This document shows, in pieces, positions 47,724 through 56,717 of a stretch of 64,000 nt of DNA. The stretch is taken from the NCBI GenBank assembly GCA_034932685.1, contig JAYFOM010000018.1, forward strand, positions 15,011 to 79,010, in the 5' to 3' direction. The DNA comes from Erysipelotrichaceae bacterium. Lineage in GTDB: Bacteria; Bacillota_I; Bacilli_A; Erysipelotrichales; Erysipelotrichaceae. A model generated the notes under the pieces. It was not told the origin of the DNA. It saw nothing but the letters and a program-made list of their open reading frames with translations, and ran no database searches. Position 1 is the stretch's first letter. The number at the start of each line of letters is the position of its first letter. The translations under genes were made by a program, and so were the position numbers.

Positions 47724-49964
47724 TCATTTCTTATATGTATAACGCAAACGTAATGCGTTAGTAACAACACTTACTGAACTAAAACTCATTGCAAAAGCCG
47801 CGAACATGGGGCTTAAGCTAATCTCAAAAAATGGATACAACAACCCAGCTGCGATCGGAATACCAATAACATTGTAGATAAACGCCCAAAAAAGATTTTG
47901 TTTGATATTAGTTATAGTCTTATCACTAATTCTTATTACATCAGCGACGTTATTTAGATCGTTTTTCATTAAGATAATATCGGCTGACTCAATCGCTATA
48001 TCACTACCAGCACCAATGGCAATACCAATATCAGCTCTTGTTAAGGCTATTGCATCATTAATGCCATCGCCAACCATCGCTACTTTCTTACCTATTGCTT
48101 GTAAATCGATAATGACTTGTTGTTTTTGATCAGGTAGCACTTCAGCAATGATACTTTTAACAGCTAATTGCTTACCAATCGCTTCAGCTGTTCGCTTATT
48201 ATCTCCTGTTAACATGATCACTTCATGTTTTTGCGCTAAACGTTTGATTGCTTCAATGCTTGATAACTTAATTTGATCAGCAACACCAATAACCCCAATC
48301 AGCGTTTCATTAACCCCAACATAAAGAGGAGTATTAGCTTGATCTTCAAGCAATGCTACATCAGCAAGACTTGCGTCAACATTGATCTTGGCTTCATTAA
48401 ACAACGCAATATTACCAATACTTATCACTTGATCATCAATCTTTGCTTTAATACCCATACCAACAATTACTTCAATATCACTGGTATCACTTAAGACAAG
48501 CTTATGCTTATTAGCTTTTTCAACTATCGCTGTCGCTAATGGATGTTCGGATTTTAGTTCAACTGATGCCGCTAAGCGTATAATCTCGTCATGATCATAA
48601 TTGTTATAAGCAAATACAGTCGTTACTTCTGGCTTACCATGAGTTATCGTACCCGTTTTATCCAATACAATCGTATCTACTTCGTGAGCTTTTTCTAATG
48701 CTTCACTTGATTTGATCAAAATGCCTTCTTTCGCTGCTAAACCGGTTGCGACCATGATCGCAACGGGGGTAGCCAAACCCAAAGCACAAGGACAAGATAT
48801 TATTAGTACACTAATTCCCATCGATAACACAAAAGCAGCATCATAACCTAACAAAGTCCAAACAATGACACTGATCAATGCGATCAACATGACAATTGGT
48901 ACAAATACCCCCGATATTTTATCAACCATCTTAGCAATCGGAGCTTTAGATGAAGCCGCTTGTTCAACTAACTGAATGATCTGTGATAGTGTTGTATCTT
49001 CCTTAACTTTTGTTGCTTTAAATACAAGATAACCGTTTTGATTCAAAGTTGCACTTATCACAACATCATCAATCGACTTTAATACTGGCATGCTTTCACC
49101 AGTAAGCGCACTTTCATCAACTGTGCTTCTACCTTCAACAACAATACCATCAACAGGTATTACCATGCCTGGCTTTATCACTACCAAATCATCCACAAGG
49201 ACATCATCAACCATAACCTCAATTTCTTGATCATCTTTTCTAATGATTGCAGTAAGCGGTCGTAGTGCGATCAGTTTTTTGATCGCATCAGTTGTCTTGC
49301 GTTTAGCTTTTGCTTCAAGATACTTACCTAGGGTTATCAAGGTCAATATTGTACCAGCTGATTCAAAGTAGAGGTCCATACTATAATGCATTACCAAATG
49401 TTCAATCTGATGGCCCATTCCATAACTAATCATGTAAATCGCAAAAACACCATATAAAACAGCGGCACTTGAACCGATAGCTACCAAACTATCCATATTA
49501 GGAGATCTTTGGATCAAAGCTTTAAATCCAACCGTAAAATACTTATAGTTAACTAACACAATTGGCATCATTAATAAAAATTGCGTAAATACAAAAGCGA
49601 TCATATTATGTTTATCTACAAAAAATGCTGGTAAGGGCCAACCAAACATGTGACCCATCGCTAAATACATAAGTGGAATTAAGAAAACAAATGATACGAT
49701 CAAGCGTTGCCGCATTGTTTTAAGTTGACTGTCTTCATCAGTTTTAACAACGATATCATCACTATTAGCTTGATAACCAGCTTTACTAACACTATTTAAG
49801 ATCATCTCGTTATTAACGATTTGATCATCAAAATCAACCAGCATACTGTTGGTCAATAAACTGACATTTACATTATTTATACCTTCAATCTTCTTGATAT
49901 TTCTTTCAATAGCCGCACTACATGCTGAGCAGGTCATGCCTTCTATATTATACTTTTTTTTCAT
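47724..49964 (-). CDS. copA: copper-translocating P1B-type ATPase
   Basis: N-terminal GMTCSAC, TM CPC, DKTGT, GDGINDA. Confidence 0.9.
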   Translation of the reverse strand: MKKKYNIEGMTCSACSAAIERNIKKIEGINNVNVSLLTNSMLVDFDDQIVNNEMILNSVSKAGYQANSDDIVVKTDEDSQLKTMRQRLIVSFVFLIPLMYLAMGHMFGWPLPAFFVDKHNMIAFVFTQFLLMMPIVLVNYKYFTVGFKALIQRSPNMDSLVAIGSSAAVLYGVFAIYMISYGMGHQIEHLVMHYSMDLYFESAGTILTLITLGKYLEAKAKRKTTDAIKKLIALRPLTAIIRKDDQEIEVMVDDVLVDDLVVIKPGMVIPVDGIVVEGRSTVDESALTGESMPVLKSIDDVVISATLNQNGYLVFKATKVKEDTTLSQIIQLVEQAASSKAPIAKMVDKISGVFVPIVMLIALISVIVWTLLGYDAAFVLSMGISVLIISCPCALGLATPVAIMVATGLAAKEGILIKSSEALEKAHEVDTIVLDKTGTITHGKPEVTTVFAYNNYDHDEIIRLAASVELKSEHPLATAIVEKANKHKLVLSDTSDIEVIVGMGIKAKIDDQVISIGNIALFNEAKINVDASLADVALLEDQANTPLYVGVNETLIGVIGVADQIKLSSIEAIKRLAQKHEVIMLTGDNKRTAEAIGKQLAVKSIIAEVLPDQKQQVIIDLQAIGKKVAMVGDGINDAIALTRADIGIAIGAGSDIAIESADIILMKNDLNNVADVIRISDKTITNIKQNLFWAFIYNVIGIPIAAGLLYPFFEISLSPMFAAFAMSFSSVSVVTNALRLRYTYKK

Positions 49965-49973
49965 GGTCGCTCC

Positions 49974-49993
49974 TATACCCCCCAGGGGGTATA
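49974..49993. promoter_or_regulatory. CsoR-type operator palindrome
   Basis: TATACCCCC-CA-GGGGGTATA lies between a TATATA -10-like box and the copA SD. It resembles known GC-core CsoR boxes (TACCC...GGGTA). Confidence 0.6.
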
Positions 49994-50013
49994 TATATGA
50001 TACAACTTAACCA

Positions 50014-50042
50014 TAAAAAAAGTCAACTACTTTGAGTTGACT
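50014..50042 (-). terminator. rho-independent terminator
   Basis: On the minus strand: agtcaact / caaagt / agttgact followed by ttttttt. The stem includes the stop codon of the dehydrogenase gene. Confidence 0.7.
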
Positions 50043-50913
50043 ATCCTTGTTTTTGATACCAAGCGATCAAAGCTTGCGTACCTAAATCGTTATAACCAGC
50101 TTGTGCTAGCTCTTCATAAAGTGATTCTACTAACTTTAAACCTGGTAATTCTAAGTTCATTGCTTTAGCTTCATCAAGTGCGATTTTCATATCTTTGATA
50201 AAGTGTTTAATATAAAAGCCAGGTGTATCATCATTGGCCAGTATTTTCTGACCATTATTTGTTAATTGCCAACTTGCCGCTGCTCCATAAGCAATGCTAT
50301 CTAAGACAAGCGATGGCTCAAGATTAGCTTTTCTTGCGTAGCTAATAGCCTCACATACTCCTATCATATTGGCCGCAATAGCAATCTGATTACACATTTT
50401 TGTATGTTGTCCGCTCCCCGCTTCTCCTTGCAAGACAATGTTCTTACCAAAACAATTTAAAAATGGTAAAGCTCTTTGATAAGCCGCTTTTGTGCCACCA
50501 CACATGATCGTTAAGGTTGCGTTTTTAGCACCACTATCACCACCTGATACTGGCGCATCGATTACATCAAGTTTTCTTTGCTTGCCATATTGCGCAATTT
50601 CTTTGGCTAATGATGGTGTTGATGTCGTTAGATCTATTAATAATGAACCTGCTTGCGCATAGTTCAAGATACCATGATCAACATTAAAATATACATCCTT
50701 TACATCATTTGGATATCCTACCATTGTCATGATGACATCACATTGCATGGCTAAGTCTTTGATCGTATCACACCAAATTGCTTTTTCAGCGATCAAAGGT
50801 AATGCTTTTGTTTTAGTACGATTGTAGATATAAACCTGATAACCAGCCGCCATTAAATGTCTAACAAGGCTCTGGCCCATTACACCCGTACCGATAAAAC
50901 CAACTTTCATCAT
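50041..50913 (-). CDS. 3-hydroxyisobutyrate / tartronate-semialdehyde reductase-family NAD(P) oxidoreductase
   Basis: VGFIGTGVMG Rossmann motif, DAPVSGG, and the catalytic Lys context KMCNQ. Confidence 0.8.
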   Translation of the reverse strand: MMKVGFIGTGVMGQSLVRHLMAAGYQVYIYNRTKTKALPLIAEKAIWCDTIKDLAMQCDVIMTMVGYPNDVKDVYFNVDHGILNYAQAGSLLIDLTTSTPSLAKEIAQYGKQRKLDVIDAPVSGGDSGAKNATLTIMCGGTKAAYQRALPFLNCFGKNIVLQGEAGSGQHTKMCNQIAIAANMIGVCEAISYARKANLEPSLVLDSIAYGAAASWQLTNNGQKILANDDTPGFYIKHFIKDMKIALDEAKAMNLELPGLKLVESLYEELAQAGYNDLGTQALIAWYQKQG

Positions 50914-50920
50914 ATTCCTC

Positions 50921-51013
50921 CTAGATATTCATAAGCATTGCGATCAAGCTAAGCACAGTACCCATAAGCATTAGTGCTACAATGATCAATATCACTATTT
51001 GTCTTTTCTTCAT
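50921..51013 (-). CDS. unannotated 30-aa hydrophobic small ORF
   Basis: My translation is MKKRQIVILIIVALMLMGTVLSLIAMLMNI*. SD gaggtg overlaps the upstream stop, and its own TAG forms the aggagg SD of the next gene. Absent from the ORF track (too short). Confidence 0.4.
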   Translation of the reverse strand: MKKRQIVILIIVALMLMGTVLSLIAMLMNI

Positions 51014-51021
51014 GATTCACC

Positions 51022-51444
51022 TCAAGATTTACGATCAAAACGATGACGACATTTCGGGCAGGTTACTTCAATCTTTCCTTTTCCCCGAGGAACTCTTAAT
51101 TCGTTTTTACATTGCGGACAACGGAAATAACTGTATTCTTTTAACTTTTGCGCACGCATCTTTTTCTTTCTTATAAACTTCTTAAGCGGATTATATATCC
51201 GCAAAAAGGCGGCGTTTTCCTTTGAGCGACGATAAATATTCTTAGACATGATCCGAAAGTAAAATATCAACAAGATCACTATCAAGATATAACTTGACAC
51301 ATCAGCTAATGAGCGCCAAAACGAAAATATGACCAACAATACCATGTAAGTTACCAAGATTAAATATCCCAGTTGATCCATGCCATAACGGCCATACATA
51401 AAGCGACGAATCGCATAGGTAAGTTTATTTAAGAAATTCTTCAT
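51022..51444 (-). CDS. zinc-ribbon membrane protein
   Basis: Two TM segments, then CPQC...CPKC (RCPQCKNELRVPRGKGKIEVTCPKCRHRF). Confidence 0.6.
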   Translation of the reverse strand: MKNFLNKLTYAIRRFMYGRYGMDQLGYLILVTYMVLLVIFSFWRSLADVSSYILIVILLIFYFRIMSKNIYRRSKENAAFLRIYNPLKKFIRKKKMRAQKLKEYSYFRCPQCKNELRVPRGKGKIEVTCPKCRHRFDRKS

Positions 51445-51488
51445 GATAACCTCACTTTAACTTTCAAATTATAGCATAACCCACTCAT

Positions 51489-52448
51489 TTATTTAACTTG
51501 TTTAACATGTTCTAAAACCTTCATGATCTCTAAGCTTGCACTTTCACTCATGATTGGGCTTTCAACCAGGCCATTTATTACACAAGCAATCGCATGTTCA
51601 ATCTCTGGGAAAAAATCAGTAGGCATTTCTACAGTTATCTGATAACTCTTATCATCCAAGTATACGGTTGCGTGATCATTTTTCCAAAAATCATATGTCT
51701 CAATATAACCTTTTGTACCATAAATCATTGCCTTATTTTCAGTTTTAAGTTCGATTGCTCCCTTAACTTGAGCTTTTATACCATTTTGATATTCTAATAA
51801 AGCAACCGCAAAGACATCACAGCCAGTTATAGCGCGATTTGCCATTGCCTTAATATTCTTAATCGTGCTTTGAGCCATCAAATTAGCGTAAGCGATCGCA
51901 TAAACGCCGACATCAAACATGCCACCACCATCTTCATAACGAAAGACCCAATGATCATATTTACTCGCAAAACCATCATAACAATAGGATGCTTCAATAT
52001 ATTTGACCTCACCAATCAAACCATTTTGAATTTGATGTAGTATCTCTTGATTTAAATAGTTAAATGGCGCTTTCTGAGCTTCCATTAAAAACAAACCTTG
52101 TTGCTTAGCGTATGCAAAACATGCTTTAATTTGTTCGCTTTCTGCCAATAGCGGTTTTTCACACATAACACTTTTATTATGTTTTAAACACAACATGATA
52201 TGTTCAAAGTGTACACTAGGAATTGTCGCAATATAGACAATATCAATCTCATCGTTTTTAAGCATCGCTTCATAATCATCATAAACATAAGGAATTTGAT
52301 ACTGCTCAGCGTATGTTTGGGCTTTAGCTTTGTCACGACTACTTACGGCTATCACCTCAGCATTATTAGCGAAGGCAATCCCCTTCATGAAACGATGACT
52401 AATCTTACCCGGTCCTAGAATTCCAAAACAGACTTTCTGATTACGCAT
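51489..52448 (-). CDS. Gfo/Idh/MocA-family oxidoreductase
   Basis: FGILGPGKISHRF Rossmann N-terminus and the EKP motif (VMCEKPL). Confidence 0.8.
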   Translation of the reverse strand: MRNQKVCFGILGPGKISHRFMKGIAFANNAEVIAVSSRDKAKAQTYAEQYQIPYVYDDYEAMLKNDEIDIVYIATIPSVHFEHIMLCLKHNKSVMCEKPLLAESEQIKACFAYAKQQGLFLMEAQKAPFNYLNQEILHQIQNGLIGEVKYIEASYCYDGFASKYDHWVFRYEDGGGMFDVGVYAIAYANLMAQSTIKNIKAMANRAITGCDVFAVALLEYQNGIKAQVKGAIELKTENKAMIYGTKGYIETYDFWKNDHATVYLDDKSYQITVEMPTDFFPEIEHAIACVINGLVESPIMSESASLEIMKVLEHVKQVK

Positions 52449-52456
52449 ATTTTCTC

Positions 52457-53377
52457 CTATAAGTACCTTTCAAAGAATTTTGTAGTGGTCTTGACTAATT
52501 TAGCTGATTGTTCAGGATGTTCGTCCCATAAACCAAAGCCATGATTAGCATGATCCATATATAAATAGTTGAAATTACATTCCTTATTAACATAGCGCAA
52601 TGCTTTGTTAATAATGGTTGGTGTAACTATATCATCTTTATTGCCCTGTACTATTAGTAGGTTATCCTTATACGTGTTTAACGCCGCTAAAGGATCATAT
52701 TTAGCCATATCTTCATAATATTCTTTACTTATTATCTTATCGTTATCAAAGATGTCCTTAAAGCGGACATAGCCTTTCTTTTCAGCTACTTTGATCATTT
52801 CGTTAAGTTTATCAACACCACCCATGAAGTCTTCTAATCCCTCCATATTATGCGTTAGTGCTGGCGCCCATAATGCCAGTGTTTTAAATTTAGGATTAGC
52901 TGCAGCGTAGATAACAGCCAAACGACCACCCATACTATACCCGATCATACCCATGTGTTGTTGATCGATCTGATAATTACTAATCATATATTCAATACAT
53001 GTAGCTATATCATCAAGCATATTACGAATCGCAAATGCCGCAAACGATTCCTCACTTTGATTGCACCCCGGAAAGTCCATACGGATACTCGCTATTCCCA
53101 TCGCTGCTAAATTATCCGCCACTTCACTAAAGCGACCACCCTCATGACGATCAGCCCCAAATCCATGAGCGAATATGACTAAAGGCATCATTTTATCAGT
53201 ATCACAAACATTGATAGTACAATAAATGTTGGTCAAACGCTTTGAAGTTATCTTAACATTTCTTACCTTAAAAGTAGTTTTGTGACGTTTTTTGTTGATG
53301 AGCGCAACTGTCGCAACTGTTGCGGCTGCTGTTAATCCCAACAAGATCAGACGACTTTTCTTTTTATTTTTTTTCAT
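52457..53377 (-). CDS. membrane-anchored alpha/beta hydrolase
   Basis: ATG at 53377 after ggagg (MKKNKKKSRLILLGLTAAATVATVALI anchor). HGFG oxyanion motif, GYSMGG nucleophile elbow and C-terminal H. The ORF-track 5' extension is rejected. Confidence 0.75.
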   Translation of the reverse strand: MKKNKKKSRLILLGLTAAATVATVALINKKRHKTTFKVRNVKITSKRLTNIYCTINVCDTDKMMPLVIFAHGFGADRHEGGRFSEVADNLAAMGIASIRMDFPGCNQSEESFAAFAIRNMLDDIATCIEYMISNYQIDQQHMGMIGYSMGGRLAVIYAAANPKFKTLALWAPALTHNMEGLEDFMGGVDKLNEMIKVAEKKGYVRFKDIFDNDKIISKEYYEDMAKYDPLAALNTYKDNLLIVQGNKDDIVTPTIINKALRYVNKECNFNYLYMDHANHGFGLWDEHPEQSAKLVKTTTKFFERYL

Positions 53378-54107
53378 GATTAACCTCCGGTTGATAATCA
53401 ATATTACTTTTCTTTGCTTGTATATGTTGGTCTTTCTTAGCGATTTTATACTGCTTGCCATCTTTAATGAAGTTAGCTCCTGTTTGCTTGAAACTAAAAG
53501 CCACTTGCGCATTAATACATTGTTGCTGAATTGCTTTAACCCAGCTAAAGTCACATGGTCGTGCGTTTATTCCTGATTCGCCACCTACGGTAACCTTAGT
53601 GATAGCACCTATCTTTAAGTGATCCTTAAAATCAAGCGCTTCAAGCAAAGGTTCACAATTAAGCTGTTTATGCTTGATCGGTAATTCACTAAACAGTGGT
53701 AATCGTTTTTCTAAACACCTTTGATTTTCAATGGTAACGATGATCGTAACATTGTCATAACCATCATGCCAGTCATTTGGTAAACACTTATAAAAGCGAT
53801 TGATCCTTTTGGTAATGATCAGAAAGTTCAAATCATTTCGTTTCTTTATCATTGACCATACATCAAGGCGCCACTTATCAGCCTCTTCAATAAAGAAATC
53901 AGAACTTAAACAAGTATAAACGTCTGGGTAATCTGGCTTAAAGCGATACATTCCATTACGATCAGTCTTGCTGATCAAATCATAACTTTTCGTTTTCTTG
54001 ACAATAGTAGGATCACGATCAAATTGTTTATCCATACTATAAATATAGCAGTTTAAACAACCTTCACTATACTTATGACAACCATGCCAAGGATTATAGC
54101 CACTCAT
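53364..54107 (-). CDS. DUF5131 (phage Gp37/Gp68-like) protein
   Basis: N-terminal NPWHGCHKYSEGCLNCY motif characteristic of the family. 247 aa. 14-nt overlap with the downstream hydrolase. Confidence 0.7.
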   Translation of the reverse strand: MSGYNPWHGCHKYSEGCLNCYIYSMDKQFDRDPTIVKKTKSYDLISKTDRNGMYRFKPDYPDVYTCLSSDFFIEEADKWRLDVWSMIKKRNDLNFLIITKRINRFYKCLPNDWHDGYDNVTIIVTIENQRCLEKRLPLFSELPIKHKQLNCEPLLEALDFKDHLKIGAITKVTVGGESGINARPCDFSWVKAIQQQCINAQVAFSFKQTGANFIKDGKQYKIAKKDQHIQAKKSNIDYQPEVNHEKK

Positions 54108-54109
54108 AC

Positions 54110-55204
54110 CTAGTTAACATCATCAAACAAGACACAATACTCATCATAAGTTAAGCCACTTTCATATACCTTGGTTGCTAATTCTTCACCCAGATAACGA
54201 TAATGCCAGGGCTCATAACCATAACCTGTGATCAGTTCTTTATCAATTGGATAACGTAATATCCAACCATACTTGTGTGCATTTTCAACTAACCATGCGT
54301 ATTCATCTGTCTTTTCAAACGATGAAGATGTACTTTTAGTAGCTGTAACATCAACCGCTAAACCTAATTGATGTTCACTATGGCCAGGTCTTGCACTGTA
54401 ACGATCAGCCCAACTTTGTCCTTTAGACTTCACATAGTTATTATAAATACGTTCTTGAGTCGCATATGAGCGATAGCCACTATATACATAGATACCACCC
54501 AAGCCATCCTGCTTCATCGCATCAGCCATTATCTTAAACGCCTCATAAGCATCAACCTGTAACTGTTGACCACTTGAGGCATACTGTACAGACATATTGA
54601 CCAGTTCAGGAACATAGTCACTATTAACCATATGATACTTATTGATCAAGGCATCAATACTAGTCATTTCTGTAATATCCTTGATCTTTGTATAGTGCTT
54701 AGTATATATGTTATTTAACGTAAACACTTCCGCGTCACGATTGGCAATTATATCATCAATATAGCTATCAACATCAACAACATCATTGAATACCAATAAC
54801 GGAGTTATTTCTTTGAAGTTTATTTTTTCAAACGCATTAAGTACTTGTTGAAGTGGATAACCAATTTCCAATAGTTTCTCATATAACAAAAGATCATTAT
54901 CATCAATATCGACAGCGACAAAATAAAGATCTAAATAACGATCAACGATCACATTTTTACTCATATTATCGTCAAACGCTGCGCTATATTCACTACTTAA
55001 TGCCGTCTTTGTTAGTTTTTGTGCCACGATATTTCGCGCACTATCACGACTATAACCCATTGAACTTAATCGCATTTGATCAATCAAGGGGATGATAAAA
55101 GTAAAGGTTAAGACCACAAATAATACGGTTACGATCACAAATAAACCATATTTGATCTCTTTTCGTACTTTTCTTCTTTTGCGTCTTCTGAATTCAACAG
55201 TCAT
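54110..55204 (-). CDS. membrane-anchored M15B (VanY-type) D-alanyl-D-alanine carboxypeptidase
   Basis: SGYRSY, SEHQLGLAVD, EPWHYRY zinc-peptidase motifs. N-terminal TM segment. Confidence 0.8.
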   Translation of the reverse strand: MTVEFRRRKRRKVRKEIKYGLFVIVTVLFVVLTFTFIIPLIDQMRLSSMGYSRDSARNIVAQKLTKTALSSEYSAAFDDNMSKNVIVDRYLDLYFVAVDIDDNDLLLYEKLLEIGYPLQQVLNAFEKINFKEITPLLVFNDVVDVDSYIDDIIANRDAEVFTLNNIYTKHYTKIKDITEMTSIDALINKYHMVNSDYVPELVNMSVQYASSGQQLQVDAYEAFKIMADAMKQDGLGGIYVYSGYRSYATQERIYNNYVKSKGQSWADRYSARPGHSEHQLGLAVDVTATKSTSSSFEKTDEYAWLVENAHKYGWILRYPIDKELITGYGYEPWHYRYLGEELATKVYESGLTYDEYCVLFDDVN

Positions 55205-55262
55205 ATTATCACTCTTTCCTTTAACATGATACCATTTTTAAGGCTAGATTTACAGTGGACTT

Positions 55263-55289
55263 AAACGAAAGGGCGCTTAATACGCGCCC
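55263..55289 (-). terminator. probable terminator of metK
   Basis: On the minus strand: gggcgc / gtattaa / gcgccc then tttcgttt. The stem overlaps the last codons. Confidence 0.5.
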
Positions 55290-56449
55290 CTTTTTAACTC
55301 TTCAACCTTATCACATCTTTCCCATGGTAAATCAAGCTCAATTCTACCAAAATGACCATAAACAGCCAAAGGACGATAAATCGGTCTTCTAAGTGCTAAA
55401 TGATTAATGATGCCTGTTGGTCTAAGATCAAACGTATCGATGATAAGTTTTTCAATCAATTCATCCGCAATAACACCAGTATTGAAGGTATCAACAAATA
55501 TTGAAACTGGATTTGCCTTTCCAATCGCATAGCTTAACTGCACTTCACATTTGCAAGCTAGCTTAGCCGCAACGATATTCTTAGCGATATACCGCGCCAT
55601 ATAAGCAGCACTACGATCCACTTTTGTCGGATCTTTACCCGAGAAAGCCCCACCACCATGACGAGCATAACCACCATAAGTATCAACAATGATCTTACGA
55701 CCTGTAAGTCCCGTATCACCAGCTGGCCCACCAACCACAAAACGACCAGTTGGATTTATATGGAGTTTTGTATTAGCATCAATCATGCCTTTATCAATAG
55801 TCTTTAAGATCACTTCGTTTATGATATCTTCTTTCAATACTTCAATATCAACACTTGGATCATGTTGAGCACTGACAACGATCGCTTCAACTCTTGTTGG
55901 CTTATTACCTTGATATTCAACCGTAACCTGTGTCTTACCATCTGGTCTTAAGTATGGTAAAGTTGCATCTTTTCTAACCTGCGCTAATCTTTGTGCTAAT
56001 CTTTCCGCGAGAATGATCGCTAAAGGCATTAACTCTTCGGTTTCATCAGAAGCGAAACCAAACATCATCCCCTGATCACCAGCCCCACTACCATCTTCGC
56101 CACCTTGTTTACTTTCAATAGAACGATCAACTCCCAAAGCGATATCAGGTGATTGTGAATTGATGTTACAAGTAATGCGACATGTGTCATATGCAAAACC
56201 CAACTCATCATCAGTGTAACCAATATCCTTGATCACTTTACGCGCAATCGCTTCATAATCAACCTTAGCATTTGATGTTATCTCGCCCATAATGTGTAAA
56301 CCATTTTTTTCGGCAGTAACTTCACACGCAACCCTTGCATAAGGATCGATCGCGATCAAACTATCCAAGATACCATCAGCGATCTGATCACAGATCTTAT
56401 CTGGATGTCCTTCTGTTACTGCTTCTGATGTAAAATAATATTTTCTCAT
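55277..56449 (-). CDS. metK: S-adenosylmethionine synthetase
   Basis: [33 protein letters not shown]. Confidence 0.95.
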   Translation of the reverse strand: MRKYYFTSEAVTEGHPDKICDQIADGILDSLIAIDPYARVACEVTAEKNGLHIMGEITSNAKVDYEAIARKVIKDIGYTDDELGFAYDTCRITCNINSQSPDIALGVDRSIESKQGGEDGSGAGDQGMMFGFASDETEELMPLAIILAERLAQRLAQVRKDATLPYLRPDGKTQVTVEYQGNKPTRVEAIVVSAQHDPSVDIEVLKEDIINEVILKTIDKGMIDANTKLHINPTGRFVVGGPAGDTGLTGRKIIVDTYGGYARHGGGAFSGKDPTKVDRSAAYMARYIAKNIVAAKLACKCEVQLSYAIGKANPVSIFVDTFNTGVIADELIEKLIIDTFDLRPTGIINHLALRRPIYRPLAVYGHFGRIELDLPWERCDKVEELKRGAY

Positions 56450-56471
56450 TGTACACTCCTTTTCTAATTAC

Positions 56472-56612
56472 CATAAAAGAAAACACGCGGATAATCGCGT
56501 GTTAATAGCTGATCATCCTTATCTTTCGGTTTTCACCGCAGGATTTGGCACCACATCATTCGATAGGTTGCCGGACTTCTTAGGGCCTGACCCTCAGTCA
56601 CTCTTTATAAGG
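56472..56612 (-). promoter_or_regulatory. SAM-I (S-box) riboswitch with intrinsic terminator
   Basis: The minus strand reads CTTATAAAGAGTGACTGAGGGTCAGGCCCTAAGAAGTCCGGCAACC...GTGCCAAATCCTGCGG...GAAAGATAAGG, then aacacgcg / attatc / cgcgtgtt plus a T-run (56472-56503), immediately 5' of metK. Confidence 0.85.
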
Positions 56613-56717
56613 TATTATATACGATTGATAATTTATCATAATCAACGTGTTTATGCAAGCGTTATTATCAAGAAATACTTATTATGTTATGATAGCCTTA
56701 TGAAAGGAAAGTGAATC

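Noticed and set aside
52457-53554. Long N-terminal extensions in the ORF track, for example the 365-aa version of the alpha/beta hydrolase. Similar cases occur at 15112-16086, 45570-47234, 60929-61756, 61750-62778, 21666-23396 and 2784-3989.
   Set aside because: The extensions overlap upstream genes or promoters and lack an SD. For most of them an internal ATG sits behind a good SD and matches the family N-terminus; the PfkB start at 16029 rests on the N-terminus match alone because its SD is weak. The shorter coordinates are reported.
53364-55204. Possible prophage remnant, because of the Gp37/Gp68-like gene next to a VanY-type (endolysin-like) peptidase
   Set aside because: No integrase, capsid, tail, terminase, holin or att-like repeats are present. 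The VanY-type protein has an N-terminal membrane anchor typical of housekeeping enzymes. The flanking genes are metK and ordinary metabolism.
56499-56714. 71-aa plus-strand ORF upstream of the hydrogenase-like gene
   Set aside because: It is the antisense reading of the SAM-I riboswitch and metK leader. The conserved S-box sequence explains the region.
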